A DNA stretch of 64,000 nucleotides from Eledone cirrhosa (Eukaryota): positions 54,188,001 to 54,252,000 of the forward strand of contig OZ024747.1 in the NCBI GenBank assembly GCA_964016885.1, given 5' to 3'. A program made the translations under genes and the position numbers. The notes under the pieces were generated by a model, which saw only the letters and a list, made by a program, of their open reading frames with translations, did no database searches and was not told the DNA's origin. Positions 43,690 to 55,958 of this stretch are shown here, piece after piece (the first letter of the stretch is position 1; each line of letters starts with the position of its first letter).

Positions 43690-44197
43690 CACATAAACGC
43701 ATGCGCAAACAGTGACAAGAATAAATAAATAAATAAATAATAGAATATATATTATAATACAAGGGAAGGAAACATAAGAGTACCTCTGCTGATGTCATAG
43801 GTGGGTGATGAAAGAAATTTGATAGACTATATATATATAAATTTATAGCTATATTTTCAACTGTTGGTCAATCAATGATAAACATAGATTGCCAGCTAAA
43901 TTACTATAGGGATATAAAACATACGGATCCGTAAAATCAATCCAAACCAGACAGTGCGTGTTTTATTATATATTTTTGGCGGTGGATTGGCAGTATCGGT
44001 AGAGGGTCGGACGCCATGCTTTCCAGCATAGTTACGTCCCTTTACGATCTGAGTTCAACTCCCGCCGAGGTTGACTTTGCCTTTCATCCTTACGGGGTCG
44101 ATAAAATAAAGTACCAGTAATGCACTGGGTAATTGCTGGCCTTGTGCCTAAAGTAGAAACAATTATATATTTTTGGCAATAACAATATGACCGTTCC

Positions 44198-44205
<8 letters not shown>
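43690..44205 (+). mobile_element. Family C-like hammerhead element (decayed core), interrupted by a SINE
   Basis: CGCATGCGCAAAC...CTGCTGA TGTCAT..GTGAT GAAAGAAATTT..TAGACTAT...ACAATATGACCGTTCCCAAAT then (TA)n. Collinear with 7062-7397. Confidence 0.6.
43978..44166 (+). mobile_element. Full-length tRNA-derived SINE with TSD
   Basis: A box TGGCAGTATCGG, B box GAGTTCAACTCC. Direct repeat ATTATATATTTTTGGC at 43965-43980 and 44162-44177. Confidence 0.92.
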
Positions 44206-44254
<49 letters not shown>

Positions 44255-44467
44255 ATGAGAAGAATGAATACTGCGTGGTTGCACATGGGTTACATATGAT
44301 AAAAATAGTCCTTCATCAGTGATTTTCCAACCTTCATTGGTATTTCATCGCTTTAAAAATCATATACCTCCAGTTGGTGCGAGCAATAGCTAAATAAAGC
44401 TATTTGGACAACGATAAATATATATATATATATATATATATACACAAACACACATACAGACACAAAG

Positions 44468-44611
<144 letters not shown>

Positions 44612-44867
44612 ACATATATATGTATATACACTGGCCCACGCCATGTCTAACTTATTAACACTTCCTGGCGAAGTCTTTCAGATCATGTTCACAGCTCATT
44701 CATGTTTTGAACACCATCACACATTCCTCTAAATGTTGCTGAAGACATAACCGGGTGTAGGAATTTTCTTAGAGAAATTTGTTGTCGAGGGACATTTTAA
44801 TTGTTATGGGATCTTTTTGTGCCTTGATATAATTTAGTATAATATTGAAGAGACAAGCACTGATGTA

Positions 44868-45262
44868 AGAGATATAGCTGAGCCGTAATGTTATGAGTAG
44901 CAACAGTTTAAGAGAAATATTTCAGCCGTAATGTAATGAGTAGCAACAGTTTAAGAGGAATAGTTGAGCCGTAATGTTATGAGTAGCAACAGTTTAAGGG
45001 AACGATTTGAGCCGTAATGTAATGAGTAGCAACAGTTTTAGAGGAATAGTTGAGCCGTAATGTTATGAGTAGCAACAGGTTAAGAAAGATAAATATTTGA
45101 GCCGTAATGTAATGAGTAGCAACAGTTTAAGAGGAATAGTTGAGCCGTAATGTTATGAGTGGCAACAGTTTAAGAGAAATAGATGAGCCGTAATGTGATG
45201 AGTAGCAACAGTTTAAGAGAAATATTTGAGCCATAATTTTATAAGTAGCACCAGTATAAGAG
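44868..45262. repeat. Minisatellite, 9 x ~43 bp, with alternating (dimeric) variants
   Basis: GAGCCGTAATGT(T/A)ATGAGTAGCAACAGTTTAAGAG units. Confidence 0.95.
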
Positions 45263-45982
45263 TAGTAGTGGAGACGTGATTTTATGAGAGGCGAGCTTCA
45301 TATTGTGTGATGTTATGAGATGCGAGGTCGATATTATGTGTATCTCTAGAATCGGTACAATCACAGGTGATGGTTTCTTCTTCTTTTTGCATACTCACGA
45401 TGAGAAAGATTGTGCTCATATCTCAATTATGGCCCCTGAACTGGTGAGAGAAAAAAGGTTATGGTACTTTCAAACCGGAATCATAATCTGAACGCTTGCA
45501 ATAGAGTAGACTCCACTAGAGTCAGCAGTGAGTAAGCTGGTCGTGTTAAATTGAACAATATATTATCTTTACCACTCTGTAATACGCCATTATGCGTTAC
45601 ACCTGAAAGGTTGAAGTGGTAAATAGGTGTAGGCGGTAAATGGATAAAGTAATTTCTGGCCCTGAGGCGGGAAGTTTGATGTGTGCATTCATTATGAGTT
45701 ACTGTCAGTTATTTTAATGAGGCTTTGCATTTGTAACCTCTGTGAGGATGCTAGTTGTGTGGCTGGGATTAATTAGGAGAAGCAGTAAAATAATGGGTGT
45801 GTATATGAAATAAAAAAATACTTTTTTCTTGTATATTAAATATAGACGAGTCACGCTATGAGTGTGTCCAGCTGTGATTATGTCACATTTATTGCAATGA
45901 TTATCGTGTGATAACGGCAGACAATTAACATTATTATCTATCTGTTATCGGTGAAGATTTCTCACTTGGCACAACATACAAG

Positions 45983-46215
45983 ACGCTGAATTGGCAGAGT
46001 CGTAAGAACACCAGATAGGATTTTTGAGATATTCGTCCCGGCTCTCTGTTCTCTGAGTTCAAATCCCACTGAGGTCAATTTCGTCTTTCATTCATTTGAT
46101 ATCGATAAAACAAGTACCAGTGAAGTACTGGGGTCGGTACTTCCTTTATATCTCTTTCTTAACTCCCCTTTCTCACTTTTCTCCTCAATATTCTTCTCTG
46201 AAAGAAAATTTCTGT
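45983..46215 (+). mobile_element. Older tRNA-derived SINE (extended 3' type)
   Basis: TGAATTGGCAGAGTCGTAAG...GAGTTCAAATCCC...AAGTACCAGTGAAGTACTGGGG then a CT-rich tail homologous to the 54190 type. Confidence 0.7.
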
Positions 46216-46503
46216 AATCAGGTCTGGAGAGGGATGAGTTCCAGCAGGTTTAAAATACAGATGAAATGCCGTACGAGTATGTCAATACAGCAAACATACG
46301 ACACCATCAGGAGTTACGGACCCTTACCATACCTTACAACATACACACACCGAGATTTCCAAAGACTCTATATTAGTTATACATATTAAGAAAAACAATG
46401 AAATCTTAATATATACACTTTCCGATCGAGTGTTCATTTACGATCGAGTGGTCATTTTTGTACCCCTACCAGTAATTCATTGAAACATACAATTTACGTA
46501 TAC

Positions 46504-46574
<71 letters not shown>

Positions 46575-46737
46575 TGACAGAGGGTGCAGTGCACTCTACT
46601 GATGCATTAAGTGTGGCCGAAACTCTATGTGTATACTCTGGGAATGTATTTTACATTGCCTATTGAGAACGCTGAGATACAACCGGTCCTGGCATTGATA
46701 AATATGCTGGGTCCGTCAACTCCTTATTATATATATA

Positions 46738-46787
<50 letters not shown>

Positions 46788-48540
46788 GGGTGGCAGATAA
46801 CATCAGACAGTTGCTAGGCAGGAGTATGGGGTCCTGGGAGACAGAGTTGACATCAACTGGAGTATCCTTGGGAAGCGTGAAGATCAAGAGAGGTATCTTC
46901 CAGGGAGATAGCCTGTCCCCTCTGTTGTTTGTCCTTGCCCTGATGCCCTTGACCATTATGCTGCGAAAAGTGAGAGCAGGATACAAGTTGGGAAGGGGAG
47001 AGCTTACCATCAATCACCTCCTCTTCATGGACGATCTTAAGCTCTTCGGGAAAAGTGAGATGGAGTTGGATGTGCTTGTTGACACTGTCCGTATTTTCAG
47101 CAGTGATATATGTATGCAGTTTGGTATTGGTAAATGTGGAGTCATTGTGATGAAGAGGGGTAGGTTGAGCAGAAGTAACGGGATCCAGATACCAACAGGT
47201 GAGATGATAAAGGAAATTGACTCTGAGGAAGGATACAAGTATTTGGGCGTTCTGGAGGCTCATGGCATAAAGAACAAAAAAATGAAGGAATTGTTAAGAA
47301 CTGAATACATTCGGAGAGTAAGGAGCGTATTGAAGTCACATCTGAACAGCAGAAATGCCATAAGCGCAGTAAATTCCCGAGCTGTGTCTATTATTAGGTA
47401 CAGTGCGGGAATTCTGAGATGGAATGTTGCTGAACAGAAAGAAATGGATAGGAAGACTAGGAAGCTATTGACTATCTACAACATGTTCCACAAGAGGAGT
47501 GATGTCGATAGACTCTACCTAAGGAGATCTGAGGGTGGAAGAGGTCTTATCAGCATAGAGGACTGTGTTCAGATGGAGAAAAACAACCTATACAAATACG
47601 TGACCTATAGTAAGGAGCCAATGCTCAGAGCTGTACTGAAGGAGGGGACAGTAGGCCAGGGGATGTCCAGGGAGGAAATAACATCAAGGAGGAAGAGCAG
47701 CCTTAAGGGAAAACCCCTTCATAGTACGTTCTTTGAGAAAACTGAATTTAGAGATCCACAGACATGGAACTGGTTGAGAAGAGGAGACCTCAAAAAGGCT
47801 ACAGAAGGAATGCTAATGGCTGCGCAGGAGCAGGCCCTCAAAACGAAGTGGTTGAAGCACCATATCTACAAGGAGGAGGCCAGCCCACTGTGCAGGATCT
47901 GTGGAGAGAGAGAGGAGACTGTGGCTCACATTGTGTCCGAGTGTAAACACCTAGCCCAGACCCACTATAAGGGCTGGAGACACGATGTGATGGGCAGGGT
48001 GATCCACTGGCACCTGTGCAAAGTAAACAATCTACCACATTCTGAGAAATGGTATGAGCATAGGCCAGAGGCGGTGATGGAGAACAATCAGGTGAAGGTG
48101 CTGTGGGATTTTAGGATACAGACGGACAAAAAACTGGAACACAATAGACCTGACCTTGTGGTTGTGGACAAAGAAAAAAGATCGTGCCTGATTGTGGATG
48201 TGGCCTGCCCGTTCGACACGAGAGTGCAAGAGAAGGAGAGGGAGAAAATTAACCGATACCAGGACCTAAAGTGGGAGGTGAAAAGGATTTGGAACTGCCA
48301 TGAAGTCAAAGTGATCCCGATTGTCATAGGCACACTGGGGACTATCTCCAAAAGTTTCCAGGGATGGTTAAAGAAAATCGGCCCCTTCACGCTTTTTGGA
48401 ACGCTTCAAAAGGCATGCTTGCTTGGAACAGCAAGAACCCTCCGATACGTCCTGAATATCTGAGGCTGCAGGTAGTGGCTTGATATTCAATCCAACGGAC
48501 TTTCCAGTTAACCAACATCAATGACTGAGATTCAAGGAAT
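46788..48540 (+). mobile_element. 5'-truncated R4/Dong-clade non-LTR retrotransposon inserted in (TAA)n
   Basis: Flanked by (TAA)n at 46736-46787 and 48538-48603. About 75-nt 3'UTR. RT plus RLE ORF. Dong elements are known to target TAA repeats. Confidence 0.9.
46790..48463 (+). CDS. Partial (N-truncated) reverse transcriptase - CCHC zinc knuckle - restriction-like endonuclease polyprotein
   Basis: GIFQGDSLSPLLF, LLFMDDLKL and YKYLG (RT); CRICGEREETVAHIVSEC (CCHC); RHD; RPDLVVVD..IVDV..EKEREKINRY (PD-(D/E)xK RLE). 557 codons without a stop. The start is only the truncation point. Confidence 0.92.
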   Translation: MADNIRQLLGRSMGSWETELTSTGVSLGSVKIKRGIFQGDSLSPLLFVLALMPLTIMLRKVRAGYKLGRGELTINHLLFMDDLKLFGKSEMELDVLVDTVRIFSSDICMQFGIGKCGVIVMKRGRLSRSNGIQIPTGEMIKEIDSEEGYKYLGVLEAHGIKNKKMKELLRTEYIRRVRSVLKSHLNSRNAISAVNSRAVSIIRYSAGILRWNVAEQKEMDRKTRKLLTIYNMFHKRSDVDRLYLRRSEGGRGLISIEDCVQMEKNNLYKYVTYSKEPMLRAVLKEGTVGQGMSREEITSRRKSSLKGKPLHSTFFEKTEFRDPQTWNWLRRGDLKKATEGMLMAAQEQALKTKWLKHHIYKEEASPLCRICGEREETVAHIVSECKHLAQTHYKGWRHDVMGRVIHWHLCKVNNLPHSEKWYEHRPEAVMENNQVKVLWDFRIQTDKKLEHNRPDLVVVDKEKRSCLIVDVACPFDTRVQEKEREKINRYQDLKWEVKRIWNCHEVKVIPIVIGTLGTISKSFQGWLKKIGPFTLFGTLQKACLLGTARTLRYVLNI

Positions 48541-48549
48541 AACAATAAC

Positions 48550-48587
<38 letters not shown>

Positions 48588-48605
48588 CAATAATAATAAT
48601 AATAG

Positions 48606-49121
48606 AAAAAATGTACCACATTCTGAGAAGTGGTATGAGCATAAGCTAGAGATGGTGATAGAAAACGATCAGGTGAAGGTGTTATGGGATTTTAGGATAC
48701 AGACGGACAAGAAACTGGAACACAATAGACCTGACCTGGTGGTTTTGGACAAGGAAACAAGATCGTGCCTGATTGTGGATGTGGCCTGCCCATTCGACAC
48801 GAGAGTGCAAGAGAAGGAGAGGGAGAAAATTAACCGATACCAGGACTTAAAATGGGAAGTAAAAAGGATTCGGAACTGCCATGAAGTCAAAGTGGTCCCG
48901 ATTGTCATAGGCGCACTAGGTACTATCTCAAGGAGTTTCCAAGGATGGTTAAAGAAGATTAGTCCAGCCCCGCATTTTGGAACACTTCAAAAGGCATGCT
49001 TGCTGGGAACAGCATGAACCCTCCGATACGTCAGGAATATCTGAGGCTGCAGGTAGCAGCTTCATATTCATTTCAACAAACTTTCCAGTTAAATAACATC
49101 AATGACTGAGACTCAAAGAAC
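48606..49121 (+). mobile_element. Second, shorter 3' fragment of the same Dong-like family (pseudogenised RLE)
   Basis: Collinear with 48025-48540, roughly 90% identical by eye. AGA>TGA premature stop at 49015-49017. Followed by (TAA)n to about 49187. Confidence 0.9.
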
Positions 49122-49188
<67 letters not shown>

Positions 49189-50168
49189 TTTATAGTTATA
49201 TATATACAATATATATATAACTATAAACAGGAAAGGTCAGTAACTCATTACTACCTTAACACCAGTAAGAAAAATAGCTCAATGTAAATAGATCAGATGT
49301 TTTACAGAGCAGGTATATAAATTACACAATAATCAAAACTATGTTCAAATCATTTTATTGCTGATAATCGTTTCTTCCAAACTTTCGTTTGGAATCATAG
49401 GAGCACTAGCAAAGTTTGGACATATAATTAACTTCCTATTCAACTGAACAATGATATACATACATTGATATTAATGTTGTCATCAACAGTTTCGTATTTA
49501 CAGAGTGGAATGGGTGAGACAGAGATTACAAGAGAATTGTATAATAATTAAAGAGGCGCAGAGTGGCATGCATGCATAATTAAAGAGACATTAAGGTAGA
49601 AAGTTACTCGCAAAACGAGGACATAAGCAGTACATATGCAATATGTATATATATAGGAAAAGTGTCAGGACCCCGACGGCTGAGCACCGTCCGTTTTGGC
49701 AGCTAGATCCGAACTAAGCCGCCAGTATTAGAACGGCGGGAATCTAGCTGAACTTACCTAAGGGTACAATCCATATATGGTTATGCAGTCAAAAGAAAAA
49801 AAGCAGAAATATCTAAGCAAAAAATTCTAAAAATGTGTTGTTCTTCTTGTCTGTTACGGTGGTCAATATTCTGGGATGTCATGTACTTAGTGAAATTCCT
49901 TCATAGCAGCGGGTGACGAACAAGCCTAAAAAACAAAGGGGAGGGAGTAATAAGACAGTCTGACCTGCGGGTGCCAAGCCAGTCAGGCGTGACTTTGTTC
50001 TTCAGGTTTGTTCAGCAACCCGCCTGAAGGTATATATATATATATGATAAAATATATATATGATAAAATATATATATTATATATATATATATGATAAAAT
50101 GAAAAACGAAGAATTACTTATACATCGGAAACATCTGAGTTCCGATGTATAACTAATTCTTCGTTTTC

Positions 50169-50222
<54 letters not shown>

Positions 50223-50423
50223 CGTTACCGCGCTGCCCGTATCCTCAATCTTATTATTTCTTCTTTAATTTCTCCTTCTTTCTTCTGCTGAAGGACTAGC
50301 GCCCAAAACCTTAAGACTATCTTCTTGCTATTTCAAGCGTTAAACTAATATATTCCTTCTATGTACTCTGTCGTTACTTTTGATATTTCTGTTTACTTTT
50401 TACCTATATATATATATATACCT

Positions 50424-50504
<81 letters not shown>

Positions 50505-50519
50505 TTACATGTGTATATA

Positions 50520-50628
<109 letters not shown>

Positions 50629-51066
50629 ATGTGTGTGTGTGTGTATGTATATATGTAAATATATATTTGTGTGTCTCAGTATAAATCAAGTTTATTTTCA
50701 ATTAATGTGTATATGGTTAAAAGTACAACCGGCCATCTTAGATCTTAGCATATTATGTTTTTTCTGCTTTTAAACATCACATTCATCAGTTATTTATATG
50801 TAATTGTTGTTGACATTGGTATTGCTGTAACTATACATTCACCACATATTGGTGTGACAATGACTAAAGCAGCTGTTGTGTCTCTCTGCCCAAAACATTA
50901 AAATTGTCCCACACCATTGATTCCAGTTAAACGCTCCAATTCATTTCCATGCATATTATATATATAGATGAAAATATATATATTGTTATATATCAACATT
51001 TATTTATACATTTTTTGTGTTCGTTTTCTACTAATGTTAATAATATATATAAAGTATATATATAAA

Positions 51067-51130
<64 letters not shown>

Positions 51131-51336
51131 GTGAGTTTGTATTATATTGTGTTTTCGTATAATAACTTTATCGATAATTACTAACGTGAATAAAATGTAA
51201 ATGTACACGTATTTATTCAAATATGAACATCGATATCACATACACACCCACACACATATATATATACATATATATATATAGAAACACACACACAAACACA
51301 TACATACATTTGTGTGTACAATTCTTTCCTTCTCTC

Positions 51337-51410
<74 letters not shown>

Positions 51411-51588
51411 CAATGAGTATAATCGAAGTTGCAGCTGCAAGTACCAGATTCGCATCGAATTTTCGAAGGCTGTCACAAAGAACTCGATGGGAGAGTGAAC
51501 ACAATAAGTTGGGTGATAGTGACACAATGAATAATGTGACCAGAAGCATGATGCCACATATGCTACAACAACGAAAAATACAGAGATG

Positions 51589-51690
<102 letters not shown>

Positions 51691-52029
51691 CGTTCAGATG
51701 AGTTCGATACTATTTACAAGCAAAAATATTTCAAAATTTAAATGTCATTTTTTTATCCACTTTGAGTAAACTCTTTCTGTCATACGTATAGGGTATACTA
51801 GGTACATATTGGGTTGTTCTCATCACTTTTTCTCTTAATCTCAAAATATGCCCTCACCTCAAGTGCGCCGCATGTGTTAATCAATAACTTACAGAATTCT
51901 ATTGAAAGTCTGACTTTGATGAAATGGTAAAGCAGTATTTATTCTGTGTTCAAATTTTCTACGCTCACTTATGCTAAACATCCTTCTGAGAATTATAAAA
52001 TAATGTGCTTGTCAATTACTGGGTTTCAT

Positions 52030-52115
52030 TTAATCAAGGCCAGCAATTATCCCACTATATTACTGGTACTTTATTTTATCGACCCTGTAAGGATGAAAGG
52101 CAACGGTAACCTCCT
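52030..52115 (-). mobile_element. Partial SINE
   Basis: CAAGGCCAGCAATTATCCC...TTACTGGTACTTTATTTTATCGACCCTGTAAGGATGAAAGGC. Confidence 0.8.
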
Positions 52116-52635
52116 CTAACCATGTATTTTTTATCGACTTATATGTGAGATCTAAGCAACTATTTTGCGTGTTCGTCCAATCTGTTCCTGCTGGCCATCT
52201 CGCGACAATGTGGACAGGTTGCACAATTTAAACTCAGAAAAAAAGCCTTACAACAGGATACAAGAAAGCATCTAGTCCGAGCTTTATTAATTAGGCCAAG
52301 TTAATCTCTTTTATGCATCAACCCTGAAATGATGAAAAATAAAGTTGGCTTCAGTGAAATCTGGATTTAGAGCACAAATCCCTGATCGCAATGACCTATA
52401 ATATATACGATTCCAGCCATGGTCTTCATATTTTAATCCCATAATATATCAATGTGATATTCTGTAAGAAAATGGGGTGTTACTTCAATAAAGCCTGGTT
52501 GTTAATTCTAGTGAAATGACAGTGACGTTACTCTCTTGGTGGTATGTTACATCGCCATTGTTTCGACTGCCGCTGTTATAGTTCTTCTTCGTAGTGCTAA
52601 TAATACTACATACATTTCTTTGGTGTTATATGTAG

Positions 52636-52673
<38 letters not shown>

Positions 52674-52762
52674 ATAATGATGATGAGGAGGAGGAGACGG
52701 ATTATCAGAAGAGTGACGAATATTATGACGGTGGTGCTGGTGAAGATGGTGTTCGTAGAGGC

Positions 52763-52804
<42 letters not shown>

Positions 52805-52990
52805 CATGACATTACAGTCTATACTTTAAGCTTCAGTAAATAATACAAAATATAATTGCTACACTTTACTGCCCAGTGGCTATTGTAAATAGTCACAGCA
52901 ACGCAAAAGAGGGGAGGGGGGTGGGGGTGGCTTTTGTATTCGAAGAAATATTGGGGATAAAAGATATTAGATTTATTATTATTACATATA

Positions 52991-53035
<45 letters not shown>

Positions 53036-53821
53036 TAAAAACGCAAACATACATTCATTTGCACACACACACATATATTTATATACATATGTGTGTATGT
53101 AAGTATGCATGTGTGTGTGTATGTGATGTGTGTGTGTGTATTCAGATATTCTTATGCAACGAGCGAAGAAGCCCAGATTTCCCTTAGTATTAGACATGAA
53201 TTATTTTGTATATTGTGTTGTAACTCTCGTCATAAGCTTCTCTGCATCTATGCCACAAGCTCACCCAAGCTTATGAAATAATACGTATAATTATTATTTC
53301 AATCATAAGCTCATGTCTTCGTATTTAAGGGTCCTGATTTAGTAATTGATTCCAATGTTACGTGTAATCGGAACGTCATGTGACGGACCAAATACTTTAT
53401 AGACCTTCGTCCGGCACTCTAATGATTATTCTGCCAATCCACCTAGTAGAATCTGCGGCGTTTATTTCTCATGCTAATATACCTATCAATATTGTATACA
53501 AAGTCTGACCGAACGTTTAAGATTTTCGTTTAACAATCATTAGTTCCGTTACTCGGTCAACCCAAACCTTGTGAGTCAAATTGGGGAAAAGAAACCTGTT
53601 TGAGAGTCCCACGGCTGTATTAGATGTGTAAGTCAATGGACCAGCAGTGTCACGAGCTGTACCATATTGAATGTTTCCTGAGGAAATAATAAGTCACGAC
53701 ATCACACGAGTTGTTTGTTCCGTTGTTTTGAAAAAATGGACGAAACATCGTCAACAACATTTGGCAGTCCATTTCATTCTACTTCACACATCACGTTTCC
53801 GTCTCTGAAAGTTTGTTAGTC

Positions 53822-54008
53822 ATAATTGTTTCTACTTTTTGGCACAAGGCCAGCAATTACCCAGTGCATTACTGGTACTTTATTTTATCGACCTCGTAAG
53901 GACGAAAGGCAAAGTTAACCTCGGTGGGATTTGAACTCAGATCATAAAGGGACGTAACTATGCTGGAAAGCATGTCCGAGCCTCTACTGATACTGCCAAT
54001 TCACCGCC
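53822..54008 (-). mobile_element. Full-length tRNA-derived SINE with 18-bp TSD
   Basis: AAGTTTGTTAGTCATAAT at 53809-53826 and 54010-54027. Confidence 0.92.
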
Positions 54009-54189
54009 CAAGTTTGTTAGTCATAATGTTTCTTCGTTCTCTTATAAGAATTTAGAATAAAATGCCGGAGCCCCGGAATTCTGAAATACTTTGTAATATA
54101 ATCCGAAATATAAAAAAAACAAACATATTTATATATTATGGTAAGGTAAGGACCTGTAACTACTGGGGGAGTCGAAGAGGCGCCATATT

Positions 54190-54482
54190 GACATACGGCG
54201 TTTCTTGGGCATTTTTTTAAAAACCTGGCGGAAGCCACCTCCTCTCCAGGCTTAAATACAGTACATTTCTTCCAGAGAAGGATAGAGAGTGATAGAAAGG
54301 AAGTGAGAAAGAGATATAGAGGAAGAATGGATTCCAGTACGAGACTGGTACTTTTTTTATCGATCTCGAAAGGATCACAGGCAAAGTTTACCTCGGTGGG
54401 ATTTGAACTCAGAGAGCAAAGAGCCGGAGCGAATACCATAAAGCATACTATCCGACGTTCTAATGATTCTGCCAATTAGCCC
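54190..54482 (-). mobile_element. SINE with extended 3' region
   Basis: tRNA-like head (TTGGCAGAATCATTAG, GAGTTCAAATCCC) plus a 3' segment shared with 31075-31355. Confidence 0.75.
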
Positions 54483-54919
54483 CCTCCTTATTAATGTAGT
54501 ACAAACTTAGTATTAATTCAATTACATTGGAACTGTTCCGACAGACGTTTGCAAGCACCAGAAACAATTATCATATGCATATATATAAACAAATACACAC
54601 GCATACATACATTCATATATAAACGTGCGCACACAAACAAACAACAAAAAAATCGCATGCAAACGGACACATACACACCTAAAGTTCACATTTTCGTTTA
54701 ACTCTTTCTCTCTCAACGAAAATGTAAACTATATTCTCTATGTAAACTATTTTCTCTAATACTCTCTTCTAACTAATATACGCCTCATTTTTATTATATA
54801 CTTTTTACCATATTTCCTGTAGCATTAAGACGCCGAAACAATTATCGGCTGAAACAGGTACTATACATTTTTTTTTGTTTTTAAATGTTTTTCTGTTATT
54901 CTATGAAAATTAATCTAAC

Positions 54920-55958
54920 TGGTCTTCATTGATGAAGGTCTTTGACTGCATTGCATTCCTCATTCAGACAAAAAGGGGACATTCTATAGGCGCGAGATCA
55001 GGCGAATTCAGCAAGTGAGGCAGAGCACGTGACCCTGTCTCCAGCACCTCTTCACAAGTAGTCCTTGTTGCATGCGACCGAGCGTTAACAGGAAAGAATC
55101 GAACAAAACCATGGTGTGGGCGCACCTCCACGATTTTTGCCACGAATTTGTGAAGTAGTTGGCAATAAACATCAGAGATTATGTTGGTTTTCGGTGGGGG
55201 CAACTCATATTGGATGACCCCATTTCAGTCCCACTAGACGATCAGTAAGGCCATTTGAGTGTGGAGGCCTGCTTCTGTTTGCCGTTGTGTCACTCTCTTT
55301 ATTAATCCACGATTGTTTTGCCTGACATTAATATAGAGTCATTTTTCATCAGCAGTGACAATGCAACTTAACTAGTTGCTTGTGGGTTGGGGGAAGAACA
55401 GAGAAGTCGTAGCTCTTGCCCGACATTCACGATTACGTTAAGTCAGATGGTTTGTACACCCATTGGTCCAGGTGGGACTCCTTCCTTATTGCATGCAAGT
55501 GTTGGTGGATGGCTGAATTTGAGGCGCCAAGAATTTTGAAGAGGTGAAGTGATGTCTAACGGGATTCGGCTTTAACCAGCTAACGCTTTTACACGACATT
55601 AAAGAAGTTTGGATGTCATGCGACATGCGTGAGGTTGATCTTCAAGGTTGTAATCAACTAAACAGAAGCGTGCGAACCGTACCTGGCACTGTGTTCAGAC
55701 ATGGTGCATGATCCTAATATATTGATAATGCGATGACTCGATGCTGCTGAACTTAGGAAAGATTAGAAGTAATCAGTCAGGAAAAAACGATTTGGACAGT
55801 TGCTTCATCTTGGACGGCATAACATAAAATCGAAATTGATATAGTGCATAGGAACGTGATTTCCTTTATATGTGTACATGCGCAACATTCAATATTTCCA
55901 GGAACTTTACTAACACCCTTTTGAAAAAGAGTTGGAACTTTCTGTCCAACACAATATA
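54920..55958 (-). mobile_element. Decayed mariner (Tc1/mariner) transposon
   Basis: Minus-strand remnants IVTADEK (cf. IVTGDEKW), NARSH (cf. NARPH) and LPHLLNSPDLAPIE (cf. HPPYSPDLAPSD). TIR-like TATTGTGTTGGACAGAAAGTTCC next to TA at about 55935-55958. Confidence 0.75.

Noticed and set aside
44868-45262. CRISPR-like regular repeat
   Set aside because: No unique spacers, no cas genes, eukaryotic context. It is a tandem minisatellite.
45303-45820. Possible LINE APE-endonuclease remnant (VDIMCIS)
   Set aside because: Too degenerate to support without a profile search.
50280-50350. Possible decayed hammerhead element (CTGAAGG...CAAAACC, AGCGTTAAACTAATA)
   Set aside because: Both core segments are mutated and the stems are not recoverable from this copy alone.
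50750-50796. CUGAUGA...GAAA on minus strand
   Set aside because: No stem I or stem III pairing.
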